Numbered from the stretch's first letter, positions 12,401 to 21,773 are shown. The stretch is 64,000 nt of DNA from an uncultured Eubacteriales bacterium (GCA_964523615.1 CAZFZU010000004.1:9575-73574), one strand, 5' to 3'. The notes: generated by a model from the letters alone, not told the origin. Made by a program: numbers and translations.

Positions 12401-12698
12401 GCTGTACGCCTTCCGCCACGGCGTCGCCGAGGTCAACACGCTCGACCGGCTTCACGCCCTGCTCGAGATCGGGGCCCTGCGGGAGGGCCTCCACGACGAA
12501 GCGGTCAAGGTCTACGACTACCTCATGCAGCTGCGGCTGGCCCACCAGGTCAAAGCCATCGACCGGGACGAGAGCCCGGGGAACGACATCGACCCGCGTG
12601 GCCTGACCCACATCGAGGTTTCGCTCCTCAAGCAGGCCTTCGCCCAGATCGCCGATATCCAGAAGAAGATCAGCTACGACTTCCTGGGCTCGGCCTGA
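9486..12698 (+). CDS. Multidomain membrane sensor: PHP phosphoesterase - TM - sCache - TM - PAS - CBS pair - DUF294 nucleotidyltransferase - DUF294_C
   Basis: PHP motifs (NLHGHSLFSDG, LTDHD, GVE, LAHP, GTDFHG). Two hydrophobic helices flank a Cache-like block (KDYFWITD..MIMHPY..YVEYVWQW..GWILGTGLY). A PAS-like segment follows a coiled coil, then a CBS pair. NTase motif LALGSEGREEQTLASDQDHAIVF, then a C-terminal helical substrate-binding domain. Confidence 0.8.
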   Translation: MTDLFRVNLHGHSLFSDGELAPAALAERFAAAGVRAVALTDHDAVDGLPAFREAARRRGIGVISGVELTVADHEAGEKHILGYGFDPDHPPLKALLARASQGPVPPAEAIRALHDAGGLAVLAHPVMPGEKPDLAALETLVGRYRDWGLDGLEAFYAGYSEGLSRDLVALASRHGLVVSAGTDFHGQGLPGSTETAAEMPLPLWREFRDALLRRSAGAAAVTLPPEPPGHRTVPRPGRRAFLLRILLPTALAVALFTVSLFRVLIPAFEQRLLERKRDTIRELTNVAMGILAEYDSDVRDGRLTLAEAQRTAAERVRDLRYGNEGKDYFWITDLDVRMIMHPYRTDLNGRDVSDFQDPRGVRIFVEFANILRDRTDAYVEYVWQWKDDPDRLEPKQSYIQKFAPWGWILGTGLYIEDVQAEIRAMAGRLVRISLGITVLCALLLLFVAAQSARLERRRAKAEDELRESHEKYRTLVESATEGTLMVLEGRPAFANPTMLALLDVPESGLSLLDLDEILAADAAVRVQEPAGLNAEETVLRRRDGSAVDVVLSSSRISFAGREGLVLVARPLRSGERGRTASRRDRDREGLIADLQASLMFLHEPVGPLAGPPVFCDMRDTAAKGAALMTARGASAVVVTAQNEPVGLVTDSDIRARLVAEGRGGEVPLREIMSAPLVSIEGQALVYEAILAMRERDVDHLLVRDEKGAVSGLVRNRDLLLFHRYSLAVLTQEIRHAASPEVIAAARRGLPRLVKVLVEGGAKARNITRAVTAVTDAAVHRLIELAVADLGPPPAKFAFLALGSEGREEQTLASDQDHAIVFEDVPGEREEAVQAYFLEMGRRVSDGLALAGYPLCLGGIMASNPRWCQPLRTWRGYFADWLRTAEPEDILDLKIFFDFRAVHGDAEFAAALRRSVDEDLAQEPPFLLHYAQYTLQYKAPLSFFGHIVLEEGKEGAKTFNIKDALMPVNNFARLYAFRHGVAEVNTLDRLHALLEIGALREGLHDEAVKVYDYLMQLRLAHQVKAIDRDESPGNDIDPRGLTHIEVSLLKQAFAQIADIQKKISYDFLGSA

Positions 12699-12706
12699 GC
12701 CCCGCC

Positions 12707-14305
12707 TCAGCGGAACAGGGAGGCGGCCTTCCCGACCGTCTGCAGGATGCCCCACCCGAGGGGGATGCCGACGAGCGCCCAGGCCGCGGCCACCTCGACC
12801 CACGAGCCCCGGCTCGCCCGCCAGCCCGACGCCGGGACGGGGGCGTCCGCCTTGGCCGCCTCGAGGGCCCCCTTGGCGTGGCCGAGGGCCCGCTCCCGGG
12901 CCAGGTCCTCGTCGGACATGAAGTGCTTGGCGGCGACGGGGCGGACCAGGAGATTGGCCAGGAAGCCGAGCAGGAGCAGCCCGGCCAGGATGTACAGGGT
13001 CGTGTTATAGGCCGATTCGTTGGGGACGCCGCGCTTGAGCTGGAACTCGCGGATGTAGTTGACCAGGACAGGGCCCAGGATGCCGGCCGTCGACCAGGCG
13101 GTCAGGAGGCGGCCGTGGATGGCCCCGACGAATTGGGTGCCGAAGAGGTCCGCCAGGTAGGCCGGGATGGTGGCGAAGCCGCCGCCGTACATGGTCAGGA
13201 TGAGGCAGAACAGGGCCACGAACAGGGCCACGCTCTTGGTGTCGCCGGCGAACGGGGCGGCGGCGTAGAGGACCGCGCCCAGGGCGAAGAAGATGACGTA
13301 GGTCCGTTTGCGGCCGATGTAGTCGGACAGGGAAGCCCAGAAGAACCGCCCGGCGATGTTGAACAGGCTCAGGAGGCCGGCGAAGCCGGCCCCGATGGTC
13401 GCCGTCAGGGCCTTCTCCTCGATCGACAGCTCGGTGAAGGCCTTGGCCAGCCCGATGAGCCGGCCGCCGAAGACCTCCTGGAGCATGGGCGAGGCCATGC
13501 CGATGATGCCGATGCCGGCGCTGACGTTCAGGCACAGGACGGCCCAGAGCAGCCAGAACTGGGGGATCTTGTGGACGGCGTCGATGTGGACGTGGCCGTG
13601 GGTGATCATGCCGTCGGCCTTCTTGGCCGGCGGGGCCCAGCCGGGCGGCGCCCAGCCCGCGGGCGGGATGCGGTAGAGGAAGGCCCCGGCCAGCATGGCC
13701 GCGAAGTAGATGGCCCCCATGGTCAGGAAGGTCTCCTTGACCCCGACCGAGGTCGAGGTCGCGTAGAGCTTGATGAGCCGGTCGGCCAGGGGGGCGCCGA
13801 TCATGGCCCCGCCGCCGAAGCCCATGATGGCCATGCCCGTGGCCATGCCGCGCTTGTCGGGGAACCACTTGATGAGCGTCGACACCGGCGAGATGTAGCC
13901 GAGGCCGAGCCCGCAGCCGCCGATGACCCCCGAGCCGATCCAGAGCAGGGCGATCTGGTGGAGGTGGACGCCCAGGGCCGAGATGAAGAAGCCGCCGCCC
14001 CAGCAGAACGCGGCCGCGACGCCCGCCTTGCGCGGCCCGTTGCGCTCGAGCCAGCGGCCGAAAACGGCGGCCGAGCCGCCGAGGAAGACGAAGAACAGGG
14101 TGTACATCCAGCCGAGCGTGCTGATCTTCCAATCGCCCGGGACGGGCCCGGTCACGCCGAGGGCCCGGCTGAGGGGGAGCCAGAAGACGCTGAAGCCGTA
14201 GGCCATGCCGATCGAGAGATGGATGGCCAGGGCCGCCGGCGGTACGAGCCAGCGGTTGAACCCCGGCTTGGCGATGGTCCGTTCCTTGTCGAGAAGACCG
14301 CTCAT
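12707..14305 (-). CDS. MFS transporter, oxalate/formate antiporter (OFA)-like, with a C-terminal extension
   Basis: OFA-type N-terminus (NRWLVPPAALAIHLSIGMAYGFSVFWLPL) and about 12 TM helices. An extra ~80 aa tail ends in one more hydrophobic helix. Confidence 0.8.
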   Translation of the reverse strand: MSGLLDKERTIAKPGFNRWLVPPAALAIHLSIGMAYGFSVFWLPLSRALGVTGPVPGDWKISTLGWMYTLFFVFLGGSAAVFGRWLERNGPRKAGVAAAFCWGGGFFISALGVHLHQIALLWIGSGVIGGCGLGLGYISPVSTLIKWFPDKRGMATGMAIMGFGGGAMIGAPLADRLIKLYATSTSVGVKETFLTMGAIYFAAMLAGAFLYRIPPAGWAPPGWAPPAKKADGMITHGHVHIDAVHKIPQFWLLWAVLCLNVSAGIGIIGMASPMLQEVFGGRLIGLAKAFTELSIEEKALTATIGAGFAGLLSLFNIAGRFFWASLSDYIGRKRTYVIFFALGAVLYAAAPFAGDTKSVALFVALFCLILTMYGGGFATIPAYLADLFGTQFVGAIHGRLLTAWSTAGILGPVLVNYIREFQLKRGVPNESAYNTTLYILAGLLLLGFLANLLVRPVAAKHFMSDEDLARERALGHAKGALEAAKADAPVPASGWRASRGSWVEVAAAWALVGIPLGWGILQTVGKAASLFR

Positions 14306-14387
14306 GGATCCCTCCGTCGTCCGCCGTCCGTCAGGTCACGGCGCCGATGGTATGCGGAACGGCCCCAAATGTCCAGCCCCCGCCCGT

Positions 14388-14415
14388 TTGACCGCCCGGC
14401 CGTCTTTGATATATA
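14388..14415 (+). promoter_or_regulatory. Candidate promoter TTGACC-N16-TATATA
   Basis: The hexamers lie ~70 nt upstream of the M28 peptidase ATG, in the divergent intergenic region. Confidence 0.3.
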
Positions 14416-14484
14416 ACCTCTGCTCATGATCCGGTCCGCGCCCTTCTTTTCCGGAGGGCCGGTCCTTCCCGAGAGGAGTTCCCC

Positions 14485-16662
14485 ATGACCAAGAAGCTCG
14501 CCCTCGCGGCCGTCTGCCTCCTGGCCCTGGCCGCGGCGGTCCCCGCCCAGTATTCCCCCTGGCTCTACTGGACGTTCCTGCCCAAGGCCCAGATGGACGA
14601 GATCGTCGGCGAGGCCTCGGGCGAGGCCGCCTGGAACACCGTCGCCGAGATCAACGCCTTCAACCGCCAGCGGTTCCCCGAGGAGTGGACCGGCCATTTC
14701 TTCGAGACCCAGGTCGTCGCCCGCAAGCTCAAAGACTACGGCTTGGCGGGCGTCGAGGTCGTCACATACCCGGGCGGCCCCGCCTGGGTCCCCGTCAAGG
14801 GCGAGCTCTGGGAGACCAAGCCCGAGCGCCAGAAGATCGCCTCCATCGACGACATGCTGCCCATGCTGGCCTCGGGCAGCGCCGACGCCGACGTCACGGC
14901 CGAACTCGCCTGGGTCGGGCGGGGCGCGCAGAAAGAGATCGCCGACGCCGCGCTCGCAGGCAAGATCGCCGTCACCGAGGGCTCGCTGATGATGGTTTAC
15001 AACGCCGCCATGGCCAAGGGCGCCTTGGGCGTCGTGGCCATCAGTCAGTCCCGTCCCTACTTCGATCCGCTCCAGATGCCCTGGACGGGCGTCATGTCGC
15101 GCCGCCGCCCCGGCGGCCAGGCCCAGGGCGGTCAGCCTGGGCAGCCCGGCCAGGTCCCCGCGCCCGCCGCCGCGACCCCGCCACCCGCCCCGGGCTTCGC
15201 CTTCCAACTGCCCGTCCGCGAGGGCGACATCCTCAAGCGGCGGCTGCTGGCGAACGAGAAGATCACCGTCCGGGCCGAGGTCCGGGTCAAGTCCGTCGAG
15301 GCCGACCTCGAGAACGTCGTCTGCGCCATCCCCGGCGCCGACCCCTCGGCCGGCGAGGTCATCCTCTCGGCCCATCTCTTCGAAGGGATGCAGAAGCAGG
15401 GCGCCAACGACAACGTCTCGGGCAGCGCCACCGTCCTCGAGGTCGCCCGGGTCCTCCAGACGCTCGTCTCGGAGGGCCGCCTGCCCCGGCCCAAGCGGAC
15501 CATCCGCTTCATCTGGGGGCCGGAGTTCTCCGGTATCGGCGCCTGGGTCAAGGCCAATCCCGGGATCATGGACCGGACCCTCTGCAACATCAACATGGAC
15601 ATGGTCGGGGAGTGGCTGTCGAAGAACAAATCGTTCTTCAACCTCATGCGCACGACCTACGGCAATCCCCATTACATCAACGACGTCATGGAGAATTACT
15701 ACCGCTTCCTCGGCGAGGGCAGCCGGGAGCGCATCCAGAACCGGGCCACGGCCTCGGGCGTGCCCGTGCGCGTCGTGGCCCCGACGGGGGCCGACGAGCC
15801 CTTCTATTACTCCATCGAGACCCACTACGGCGCCTCCGACCACGAGGTCTTCAACGACTGGGCCGTCCGGGTGCCCGGCATCATGATGATCGCCTGGCCC
15901 GACCAGTGGTACCACACTTCGGGGGACACGGCCGACAAGGCCGATCCGACCCAGCTCCGGCGGGCGGCCGTGATCGGGGCGGCCGGCGCCTACACGGTGG
16001 CCTCGGCCGACGCGGTCATGGCTTCGGCCATCGCCGCCGAGACGGCCGCCAACGGGGCCCGGCGGCTCGGCCACCAGCTCACGGTCGCCCTCGAGTCCCT
16101 GAACGCCTCGACGGCCGCTTCGTTCGACGAGGACAGTCGCTATGCCCGGGGACTCATCGAGGCCGCGGTCGCGAACGAGAAAGAGACCTTGGCCACGGTC
16201 GTCGAGCTGGCCCCCGGCGACGCCGGCCTGGCGTCCGACGCGGCCCGGCTGGCCAAGGCCGCGGACGGCCTGGGCGCCTCGAACCTCGCCGTTCTCGAGG
16301 CCCGCCGGGAGGCCGTGGCCCGCCGCCTGGGCGTCAAGGCGGCGTCCCTCGTCCCGACCGAGCTCGAGAAGAGAGCCGCCCGGGTCGTCCCCCGGCCGAC
16401 GGCCAAGGTCTGCGAGGGCGGCTACCGCGAGTATCAGAAATACCTGTCCGCCGTCCCCGGCGCGGAGCGGCTCAAGTACCCCGTCGCCGGCAAGGACCTG
16501 TCCCTGGCCAACCAGGGCGAGCTGCAGCTGCTCGTCGACGGTCGCCACAGCGCCCTCGACATCAAGAAGATGCTCGACGCCCAGCACGAGCGGCGCTCGA
16601 GCCTGCAGGCCGTCCTCAACTACCTCGAGATCCTCAAGCTGGCCGGCCTGGTCGAATGGTGA
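14485..16662 (+). CDS. Secreted M28-family aminopeptidase with PA domain
   Basis: Signal peptide (MTKKLALAAVCLLALAAAVPAQ). M28 metal-ligand blocks (SAHLFE.., NDNVSGSATVLEVAR, NINMDMVG, SDHEVF). Confidence 0.8.
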   Translation: MTKKLALAAVCLLALAAAVPAQYSPWLYWTFLPKAQMDEIVGEASGEAAWNTVAEINAFNRQRFPEEWTGHFFETQVVARKLKDYGLAGVEVVTYPGGPAWVPVKGELWETKPERQKIASIDDMLPMLASGSADADVTAELAWVGRGAQKEIADAALAGKIAVTEGSLMMVYNAAMAKGALGVVAISQSRPYFDPLQMPWTGVMSRRRPGGQAQGGQPGQPGQVPAPAAATPPPAPGFAFQLPVREGDILKRRLLANEKITVRAEVRVKSVEADLENVVCAIPGADPSAGEVILSAHLFEGMQKQGANDNVSGSATVLEVARVLQTLVSEGRLPRPKRTIRFIWGPEFSGIGAWVKANPGIMDRTLCNINMDMVGEWLSKNKSFFNLMRTTYGNPHYINDVMENYYRFLGEGSRERIQNRATASGVPVRVVAPTGADEPFYYSIETHYGASDHEVFNDWAVRVPGIMMIAWPDQWYHTSGDTADKADPTQLRRAAVIGAAGAYTVASADAVMASAIAAETAANGARRLGHQLTVALESLNASTAASFDEDSRYARGLIEAAVANEKETLATVVELAPGDAGLASDAARLAKAADGLGASNLAVLEARREAVARRLGVKAASLVPTELEKRAARVVPRPTAKVCEGGYREYQKYLSAVPGAERLKYPVAGKDLSLANQGELQLLVDGRHSALDIKKMLDAQHERRSSLQAVLNYLEILKLAGLVEW

Positions 16663-16691
16663 GGGGGGATTTGCCGGCCGCGATATAATGG

Positions 16692-18281
16692 ATGTCCATG
16701 AGCGCGCTTAGGGGAGGGGACCGGAGGGCGGCTTGGGCCGCCGCGTCGGCCCTTCTCCTCCTCGCCGCCGCCCTCCTTCTCGTCCCCGGCTGCGGCCGGC
16801 GGGTCCCGGACCTCAAGCACGTCATCCTGTTCATCGGCGACGGCATGTCGGCCCAGACGGAGGTCGCGGCCAGCCGCTATCTCACCGGCCGGGACGACGG
16901 CCTGTCCTGGCACGCGCTCCCGGCCAAGGCCTACGTGGCGACCTGGGACGTCAACGTCTACAACGCCCGGGCCCGGCGGGCCGGCCGGCCGCCCTACGCC
17001 CGCGGCGCCTTCACGCCGCTCCTCGGCTACGACGTCCGGACCGACGGACCCCGTCCTCGGGTCGGGCCCGGCGCCCTGCACCGGTTCCCTCCCGGCCCGG
17101 CCACGGATTCGGCCTCGGCCGCGACGGCCATGGCCACCGGACACAAGACCGATTCGGGCAACATCTCCTGGCTCCCCGGCGATCCTCCCGACGGCGCCCT
17201 GCCGACTATCGCCGAGGACCTCCGGGCCCGCCAGGGAGCGGCCATCGGCGTGGTCAGCACGGTCCCGTTCGACCACGCCACGCCGGCCGCCTTCGTGAGC
17301 CACAATCCCAGCCGCAGCAACTACTACACCGGGCTGAAGGGCTATAAAGGCCTGGGCCTGGCCGACGAGATCGCCCTGCGGACCAGGCCCGACGTCGTCG
17401 TCGCCGGCGGTTCGCCGCTCCTCGACAATCCCGCGTTCGATCCCAAGAAGGGCTATATCTCGGAGACCCTCTACAGGACGCTCCAGGCCTCGGCCGAATA
17501 CGTGTTCGTCGAGCGCCGGGCCGGGCGCGACGGGGGCCAGGCCTTGGCCGAAGCCGCGGCCCGGGCCGCCCGCGAAGGGCGCCGGCTGTTCGGCCTGTTC
17601 GGCGGCAAGGGCGGCAACTTCGACGTGCCCCGGGTCGAGGACGCCCCCGGCCGTCCCACCATCGTCCCGTCGACCGGCGAGAATCCCACCCTGGCCGAAG
17701 CCGCGGTGGCCGCGCTGGACGTCCTCGGCCGGGACCCCGACGGCTTTTTCCTGGCCGTCGAGCAGGGCGACATCGACTGGGCCAACCACGACAACGACTT
17801 CGCGGCCATGATCGGCGCCGTGGCCGACCTCGACGCGGCGGTACGGGCCGTCCTGGCCTACGTCGACCGGCCCGGGGACGCTCTGGACTGGTCGAACACG
17901 GCCCTCATCGTCACGGCCGACCACGCCACGGGCGGCCTCTGGCTGGACCCGGCCCAGCCGCTCGGCCTCGGCGATCTGCCGGCCCAGGAGCCGCGGATCG
18001 AGACCGAGGAGCCGCCGTCCCGGACCGGGAGCGATCGCGGCAACGGCGAGAAGGGGGCCGCCCTGAAATCGCCGGAGTACGCCTCGCCCTTCGTCTATCC
18101 GGGAGGGGAAGTGTCCTACGGCACGGCCGGCCACACCAACGAGCTCGTCAACCTGGCCGCCGTCGGGGCCGCCTCGCGCGACCTGCTGCGGCTCCGGGGC
18201 ACCTGGTACCCCGGGCTCGTCATCGACAACACCCAGATCAACGCCGCCCTGCGGCGGGCCCTGGGCCTGCCCCCCCTATAA
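16692..18281 (+). CDS. Alkaline phosphatase (PhoA family), secreted or lipoprotein
   Basis: ILFIGDGMS, TDSASAATAMATGHKT (active-site Ser), EQGDIDWANHDND, TADHATG, GHTNE. The N-terminal hydrophobic signal ends in PGCG. Confidence 0.85.
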   Translation: MSMSALRGGDRRAAWAAASALLLLAAALLLVPGCGRRVPDLKHVILFIGDGMSAQTEVAASRYLTGRDDGLSWHALPAKAYVATWDVNVYNARARRAGRPPYARGAFTPLLGYDVRTDGPRPRVGPGALHRFPPGPATDSASAATAMATGHKTDSGNISWLPGDPPDGALPTIAEDLRARQGAAIGVVSTVPFDHATPAAFVSHNPSRSNYYTGLKGYKGLGLADEIALRTRPDVVVAGGSPLLDNPAFDPKKGYISETLYRTLQASAEYVFVERRAGRDGGQALAEAAARAAREGRRLFGLFGGKGGNFDVPRVEDAPGRPTIVPSTGENPTLAEAAVAALDVLGRDPDGFFLAVEQGDIDWANHDNDFAAMIGAVADLDAAVRAVLAYVDRPGDALDWSNTALIVTADHATGGLWLDPAQPLGLGDLPAQEPRIETEEPPSRTGSDRGNGEKGAALKSPEYASPFVYPGGEVSYGTAGHTNELVNLAAVGAASRDLLRLRGTWYPGLVIDNTQINAALRRALGLPPL

Positions 18282-18303
18282 TGGGGGACATGATACCTAT
18301 TTC

Positions 18304-21300
18304 CTATTTTTCGGGCCGGAGTTCCTTCAGCCGGATGTTCCGGAACTCGAGGACCGCGCCGTGGCCGAGGAACCCGATGTGGCCGCTCGCCCGCTTCAGG
18401 CCAGGGTGCTCGTTGCCGTCGATCGTGCCGCCGGCCGAGGCCTGATCGAGGTCGGCGTCGACGATGGTCACGCCGTTGACCGCGACCGTGACCCGCCGGC
18501 CCTCGACCGTGACCTCCTCGGCGTTCCATTCGCCGGCCGGGCGCAGAACGCCGCGGCGGGCCGGGACGACGCCATAGACCGAGCCGTGGTACTGGTACGG
18601 CCGGAGGCCCCAGTAGACGGGCGAGCCGTCCTCGAGGATCTGGAGCTCCAGGCCGGCGTAGGCGGCGTCGCCCTCGAGCGGAGCCCGGACGCCAAGACCG
18701 TTGTTGGCCGCCGGCGTCAGCTTGAACTCGAACCGCAGCGTGAAGTCGGCGTACTCCTTGGCCGTGTAGAGGTTGCCGCTGGCGAGCTCGGGGCGGATGA
18801 CGATCTTGCCGTTCTCCGCGGCGTAGCCCTTGGTGTCGCCCGTCCAGCCGTCGAGGTCGCGGCCGTTGAAGAGCGGGACGAAGCCCTCGTCGAGCTCGGC
18901 CGCCGTGATCGACGGCGCGGCCCCGTCGCGGGGGATCTCGCGGATGTAGACGTTCTTGAACCAGAGGGGATTGCCGTGGGCCTGGAGCTCGATCTGACCC
19001 GTCGGATAGATGGGCTTGTCCCGCTCCCAATAGTTCTCCAGGACGACGTTGTCGACGACGAATTTGTCGTTGAGGTAGACCGAGACGCGCTCGCCGATCA
19101 TGACGACCCGGAAGCTGTTCCACTCGCCGACGGGGCGGTCGGCCTTTTCCGAGGGCTTGCCGGGGCCTTTCTGATTGTTGTAGAGGCCGCCCGAGCCGAC
19201 GGGATTGGCGGCCGGGTCCCAGATCTGGACCTGGGGCGAGCCCCGCAGGTAAAGACCGCTGTCGCCGCCTTTGTCGATCTTCCAATCGACGAGGAGCTCG
19301 AAGTCGCCGTAATCGGCGACCGTGCACAGGCTCTCGCCCCCGCCGTCGAAGACGAGGGCGCCGTCGACGACCCGCCAATGGGCCCGCATGCGCTCGTCGG
19401 CCGCGGCCTGGGCGGCCGCCAGCTCCTGGGCCGTCATCTTGGCCCGCGCCGGCGGGTCGGCCACGAGCCCCTTCCACCCGGCGAGCGAGCGGCCGTCGAA
19501 GAGCGGCACGAAGCCGCCCTGGCGCAGGCGCTCGGCGATGAGCGCGTCGATGCGGCCGTGCTCGGCCGGGTCCGAGGCGGCCTTGGCCTGGACGCGGCGC
19601 AGCAGGGAATAGGCCTCGTGGCCCGAGAGCCAGCGCTCGTGCGCGTCCTGCTCCGAGGCCAGCTCGAGGAGCCCGGCCGCGGCCGTCTCGCCCAGGACCG
19701 GGTGGTCGATGAAGCGGCCGACGAGGCGCAGGGCCTCGGGCTCGCGGACGGCCGCCGCTCCGGCGACGGCGAGCTTTTTATCGGCGTCGTCGAACGGCTG
19801 GGCCAGGAGGTCCTCGAACAGGGCGACCTTGCGGGCGCCGGTCATGTTGGCCCGGCCGACGAGGCGGACGTAGCCCTCGACGGCCATCAGGCGGAAGCGC
19901 TTGCTGCCGGTCGTCACGGCGATGCGCCGGAGGTCCGCGGCCGCCCCGTAGTCGGGCCACTGCGAGAGGGCGTAGACGGCCGCCGTCTGGACCTGGCCGT
20001 CGGCGTTCTCCGTTTCGGCCAGGGCCGCGCTCAGGGCCTTCGCGCCTCCGACCTTGGGGAGGACGCGCAGGATGACGGCCTTGCGGGCCGGTCCGGCGGC
20101 TTTCAGGAGCTCGACCAGGGCGGCGCCCCGCAGGGCCGGGTCGGGGTTCGAGCGGGCCGCGGCGGCGACCGCGTTCTGGAGGTTGACGACGTCGTCGGCT
20201 TCGGCCGCCTTTTCGAGCAAACCCACGAGGTCCGCGAGGTCGCCCTCGCCGGAGAGCGCGGCCAGCGCGGCCGTGGCCGCGGCCCGCGTGGCCGGGTCCG
20301 GGTCGCCGGCCAGGGCGAGGACGCGGCCGAACTCGCCCCGGGCGCCCTTTTCGGCCAACAGGTCGATCAGGACGGCTTTGCCGGGGTGGGAGATCGAATA
20401 GAGAAGCCGGGCCGCCTCGGGGACGACCTCGTCGTTCCGGCATTGCAGTAAGGCCGCCTTCAGGGCCGCGGCCTCCTCGGCGTCGGCGGCGCCGAGGAGC
20501 GGGAAGAGAAGCCGGGCGGGGCATGGAGAGACGGTCCGGATGGCGGCCAGCCGGACGCTCTTGTCCGGATCCTGCAGGCCTTCATCAACGATGGACCGAA
20601 AGCGGAGGTCCTTCCCGAGGACGGAGATGATCGCGGCCCGGATCTCGGGCGAAGCCGTCTTCGCCTTCTCGATCCATGGCCCGATCGGCAGGGACTCGTC
20701 TCGATCTATGCCATCGGGGCCCATGATACGGTAAAACCAGGGACCGCTCCCAGCCAAACGCAAAGCGACCGCCCGAAGGGCCGGCGACGGGCCGTCCACG
20801 GCCTTGACGAGGTCGGGGACGGCCCTTGGGCCGAGGATCGAGACGATCAGTGTCAATGCTTCCGCCCCGACTTGGCTGTCTTCCGGCCTGTTGTAAGCGG
20901 CGAGAACGGCCCGCGCGGCCTCGAGGGCCTCGGCGTTCCGTCCGGCCTCCTTCAGGCGCCGGGCGAAGCGGAGATAGAGCCCCGGGGCCTCGGTCCGTTC
21001 GTTCCACGCCGCGGCGACGCGGACCTTGGCCAGCGCCGGCCCGGCGGCGGGATCGCCGATCTCGGCCAGGGCCGCCCGCGCGGCCCGGCGAAGGCTTTCT
21101 TCGGGGCTGTCGGTCAGAGGCAGGAGCTTCCTGAGGGCCTCGCGGACGCGCAGGGCGCCGAGAGCGTCGACGATGGACGTCTTGGCGGGGGGAGGCGCCG
21201 TGTCGAGCGCCTTGAGAAGGACGCGACCCGCTTCGGGCCCGCCGACGGCCTGCAGGACCGCGGCGGCGGGCGCGGCCAATTCCGCGTCCGTCACGTATCG

Positions 21301-21750
21301 CGCGAGCGGCTTGACGGCCTCGGCCCGGCCGCAGAGTTGGATCTGGGCCAGGAAGAACGCCGTAACGTTCTTGTCCACGCTTCCGGCGACGGCGGCGAGA
21401 AGGACCTTGCTGAGCATCAGCCGCTCGGCTTCGGCGCCCGCCCGGGTGACATGGACGGCCAGGCCGTTCACGGCGAACCGAGGCTTCGCGTCGTTCCCGC
21501 CGCCCGGCGGCCGGACGAGCCCGCAGACCCGGGCTAGGCCGGCCGGGCCGAGGGCGACGAGCTCGGCCGCGAGAGCGGTCGTGGCGGCCGCGGTCTCGCC
21601 GGGGAAGCGATCGACGATCGAGGCGACCCGGGCCTGGAGGTCGGCGGCCGCCGGAGAGGCGGCGCTCTGACCGAGGGCCGGCCGGGCGGCGGATGCGGAT
21701 GGACCGAAGAACATGACCGCGAGGGCGAGGGTTGCGATGAGTTTTTTCAT
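18304..21750 (-). CDS. Secreted HEAT-repeat protein with two C-terminal DUF1080 (3-keto-disaccharide hydrolase-like) domains
   Basis: Signal peptide, ~700 aa of Ala/Leu-rich HEAT-like repeats, then two copies of the DUF1080 pattern (F.PLF[ND]GR.L.GW.. / EL[QL]..D / F[KR]N[IV].[IL][KR]E[IL]). Confidence 0.7.
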   Translation of the reverse strand: MKKLIATLALAVMFFGPSASAARPALGQSAASPAAADLQARVASIVDRFPGETAAATTALAAELVALGPAGLARVCGLVRPPGGGNDAKPRFAVNGLAVHVTRAGAEAERLMLSKVLLAAVAGSVDKNVTAFFLAQIQLCGRAEAVKPLARYVTDAELAAPAAAVLQAVGGPEAGRVLLKALDTAPPPAKTSIVDALGALRVREALRKLLPLTDSPEESLRRAARAALAEIGDPAAGPALAKVRVAAAWNERTEAPGLYLRFARRLKEAGRNAEALEAARAVLAAYNRPEDSQVGAEALTLIVSILGPRAVPDLVKAVDGPSPALRAVALRLAGSGPWFYRIMGPDGIDRDESLPIGPWIEKAKTASPEIRAAIISVLGKDLRFRSIVDEGLQDPDKSVRLAAIRTVSPCPARLLFPLLGAADAEEAAALKAALLQCRNDEVVPEAARLLYSISHPGKAVLIDLLAEKGARGEFGRVLALAGDPDPATRAAATAALAALSGEGDLADLVGLLEKAAEADDVVNLQNAVAAAARSNPDPALRGAALVELLKAAGPARKAVILRVLPKVGGAKALSAALAETENADGQVQTAAVYALSQWPDYGAAADLRRIAVTTGSKRFRLMAVEGYVRLVGRANMTGARKVALFEDLLAQPFDDADKKLAVAGAAAVREPEALRLVGRFIDHPVLGETAAAGLLELASEQDAHERWLSGHEAYSLLRRVQAKAASDPAEHGRIDALIAERLRQGGFVPLFDGRSLAGWKGLVADPPARAKMTAQELAAAQAAADERMRAHWRVVDGALVFDGGGESLCTVADYGDFELLVDWKIDKGGDSGLYLRGSPQVQIWDPAANPVGSGGLYNNQKGPGKPSEKADRPVGEWNSFRVVMIGERVSVYLNDKFVVDNVVLENYWERDKPIYPTGQIELQAHGNPLWFKNVYIREIPRDGAAPSITAAELDEGFVPLFNGRDLDGWTGDTKGYAAENGKIVIRPELASGNLYTAKEYADFTLRFEFKLTPAANNGLGVRAPLEGDAAYAGLELQILEDGSPVYWGLRPYQYHGSVYGVVPARRGVLRPAGEWNAEEVTVEGRRVTVAVNGVTIVDADLDQASAGGTIDGNEHPGLKRASGHIGFLGHGAVLEFRNIRLKELRPEK

Positions 21751-21773
21751 AGGCGTCTCCTCACGGCCCTTTC

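Noticed and set aside
9447-12803. 1118-aa minus-strand ORF, with many similar long ORFs elsewhere (e.g. 220-2301, 3706-5430, 14302-16587, 25018-27909, 38774-40849, 41543-43123, 53538-54632).
   Set aside because: Their translations are Arg/Gly/Pro/Asp-rich with no family motifs. They lie antisense or out of frame to ORFs with clear homology and GC3 bias. This is the usual stop-codon-poor artefact of high-GC DNA.
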